Position numbers and translations under genes: made by a program. A stretch of 44,587 nt of DNA from a virus. Taxonomy: Duplodnaviria; Caudoviricetes. Positions 43,848 to 44,587 of the stretch are shown one piece after another; position 1 is the first letter of the stretch; each line of letters starts with the position of its first letter. The stretch lies in the IMG/VR virus record IMGVR_UViG_3300030433_002207, positions 1 through 44,587 of that record; one strand, written 5' to 3'. The notes beneath the pieces are model-generated. The model was given only the letters and a program-made list of their open reading frames with translations. It did no database searches and was not told where the DNA came from.

Positions 43848-44372
43848 TTATTCAGCGGGTGAAGTTTCACGGGGAAGGTAAACCGTAGCACATTGACCCT
43901 CTGGTGAAAGCTTTACGGCACCGGCATACCAGAACGGAGAATCAATGTCTTGACGTTCCCCAACTTTGGCAACGAATGCATTCACTCGATAAGTGAAGCA
44001 CTTGTCCCCCTGTTTTGGTCGGTACGGGTTGATCGGGAAACCGCCGGATGCCTTGCAAGGTCCGTTAACACTGGAAACAAGCTTACCAACGAAGTAGGCG
44101 TGAACGTTCTTGCGGTCTTCGATTTTAGCTCGTCGCTGCCCGCCTTCATAGATTCGGACTCGTACGTTTTCTAGGATCAGATTATTGCTATAACCTACGA
44201 TTCTACCATTCTGACAGATGCTATAAATCGGGCAACCATACACGCCGGACTCTTCCCGCAATTCTTGGGGGATTCTAGTTTTATCCGTCACGTTGAGATT
44301 TCGGTAAACCTCAACAAGGCTTGTCAGGTCTAGAGGTCTCTGTGTTTTTATTGATGGGTAAATGATAGTCAT
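43848..44372 (-). CDS. Conserved phage hypothetical protein (VYRNL...RKNVHA motif)
   Basis: Motif pattern recurs in phage early genes; function unknown. Confidence 0.7.
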   Translation of the reverse strand: MTIIYPSIKTQRPLDLTSLVEVYRNLNVTDKTRIPQELREESGVYGCPIYSICQNGRIVGYSNNLILENVRVRIYEGGQRRAKIEDRKNVHAYFVGKLVSSVNGPCKASGGFPINPYRPKQGDKCFTYRVNAFVAKVGERQDIDSPFWYAGAVKLSPEGQCATVYLPRETSPAE

Positions 44373-44429
44373 GTCTAGGGTTCCTTAACTAGGGTTATGG
44401 TCTCGGGTAACTCCCTCAACTCTGCTATT

Positions 44430-44459
44430 ATTTTAATCGACATACCGCAACCCTTACAA
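44430..44459 (-). promoter_or_regulatory. Possible sigma70-like promoter
   Basis: TTGTAA-N18-TAAAAT upstream of 44372. Confidence 0.4.
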
Positions 44460-44587
44460 TACCCCATACAAGAAAATAGACCAAAAACCATAAAATAATT
44501 CTATCCTTATATCTTACCCATTTTAACACCAACGAGTCCTCTGATTCTCTGGAGAAGATGTAAGAAGAGCCGACAGGAGGTACGACT

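Noticed and set aside
1-44587. Window as a complete circular genome joined end to start
   Set aside because: No terminal repeat is visible. Reading the 126..1 ORF across the junction gives SRTSCRLFLHLL..., which does not continue the basic-protein pattern. Completeness is unproven.
1-44587. Stop-codon reassignment
   Set aside because: Long conserved genes are intact under the standard code, and TAA, TAG and TGA all end genes at sensible positions.

Overview
The window is a large piece, probably most, of a tailed dsDNA bacteriophage genome. It is siphovirus-like (no sheath gene), apparently virulent (no integrase or repressor seen), and the host cannot be determined. Most genes are on the minus strand. 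Modules are: (i) 1-3.5 kb, a terminase-small-subunit-like gene, a cluster of very Lys/Arg-rich small ORFs (several missing from the ORF track) and a ParB-N/DUF4417-like fusion; (ii) 4-14 kb, replication and recombination: a Zn-finger/TOPRIM primase fused to an MCM-like AAA+ helicase, SprT-like, two Lar-like proteins, family A DNA polymerase, SSB-like, AAA_24 ATPase, two PD-(D/E)xK nucleases and RuvC-like; (iii) 14.4-16.9 kb, a plus-strand cassette of small early-type genes with strongly structured intergenic regions; (iv) 17-37 kb, morphogenesis genes in an unusual order, with the portal and a -1 frameshifting tail chaperone downstream of the tape measure and a Thr/Ala-repeat fibre module between capsid and neck genes; (v) 37-44.5 kb, an inverted two-gene island, terminase large subunit, DUF3310, thermonuclease, membrane proteins and early-type genes. 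Non-coding signals read directly from the sequence are a 29-bp motif in five intergenic copies, two covarying H-type pseudoknots, hairpins sharing a UUCG(G)CUACU loop and a bistable RNA element. All functional calls come from motif recognition by eye; no database searches were run.
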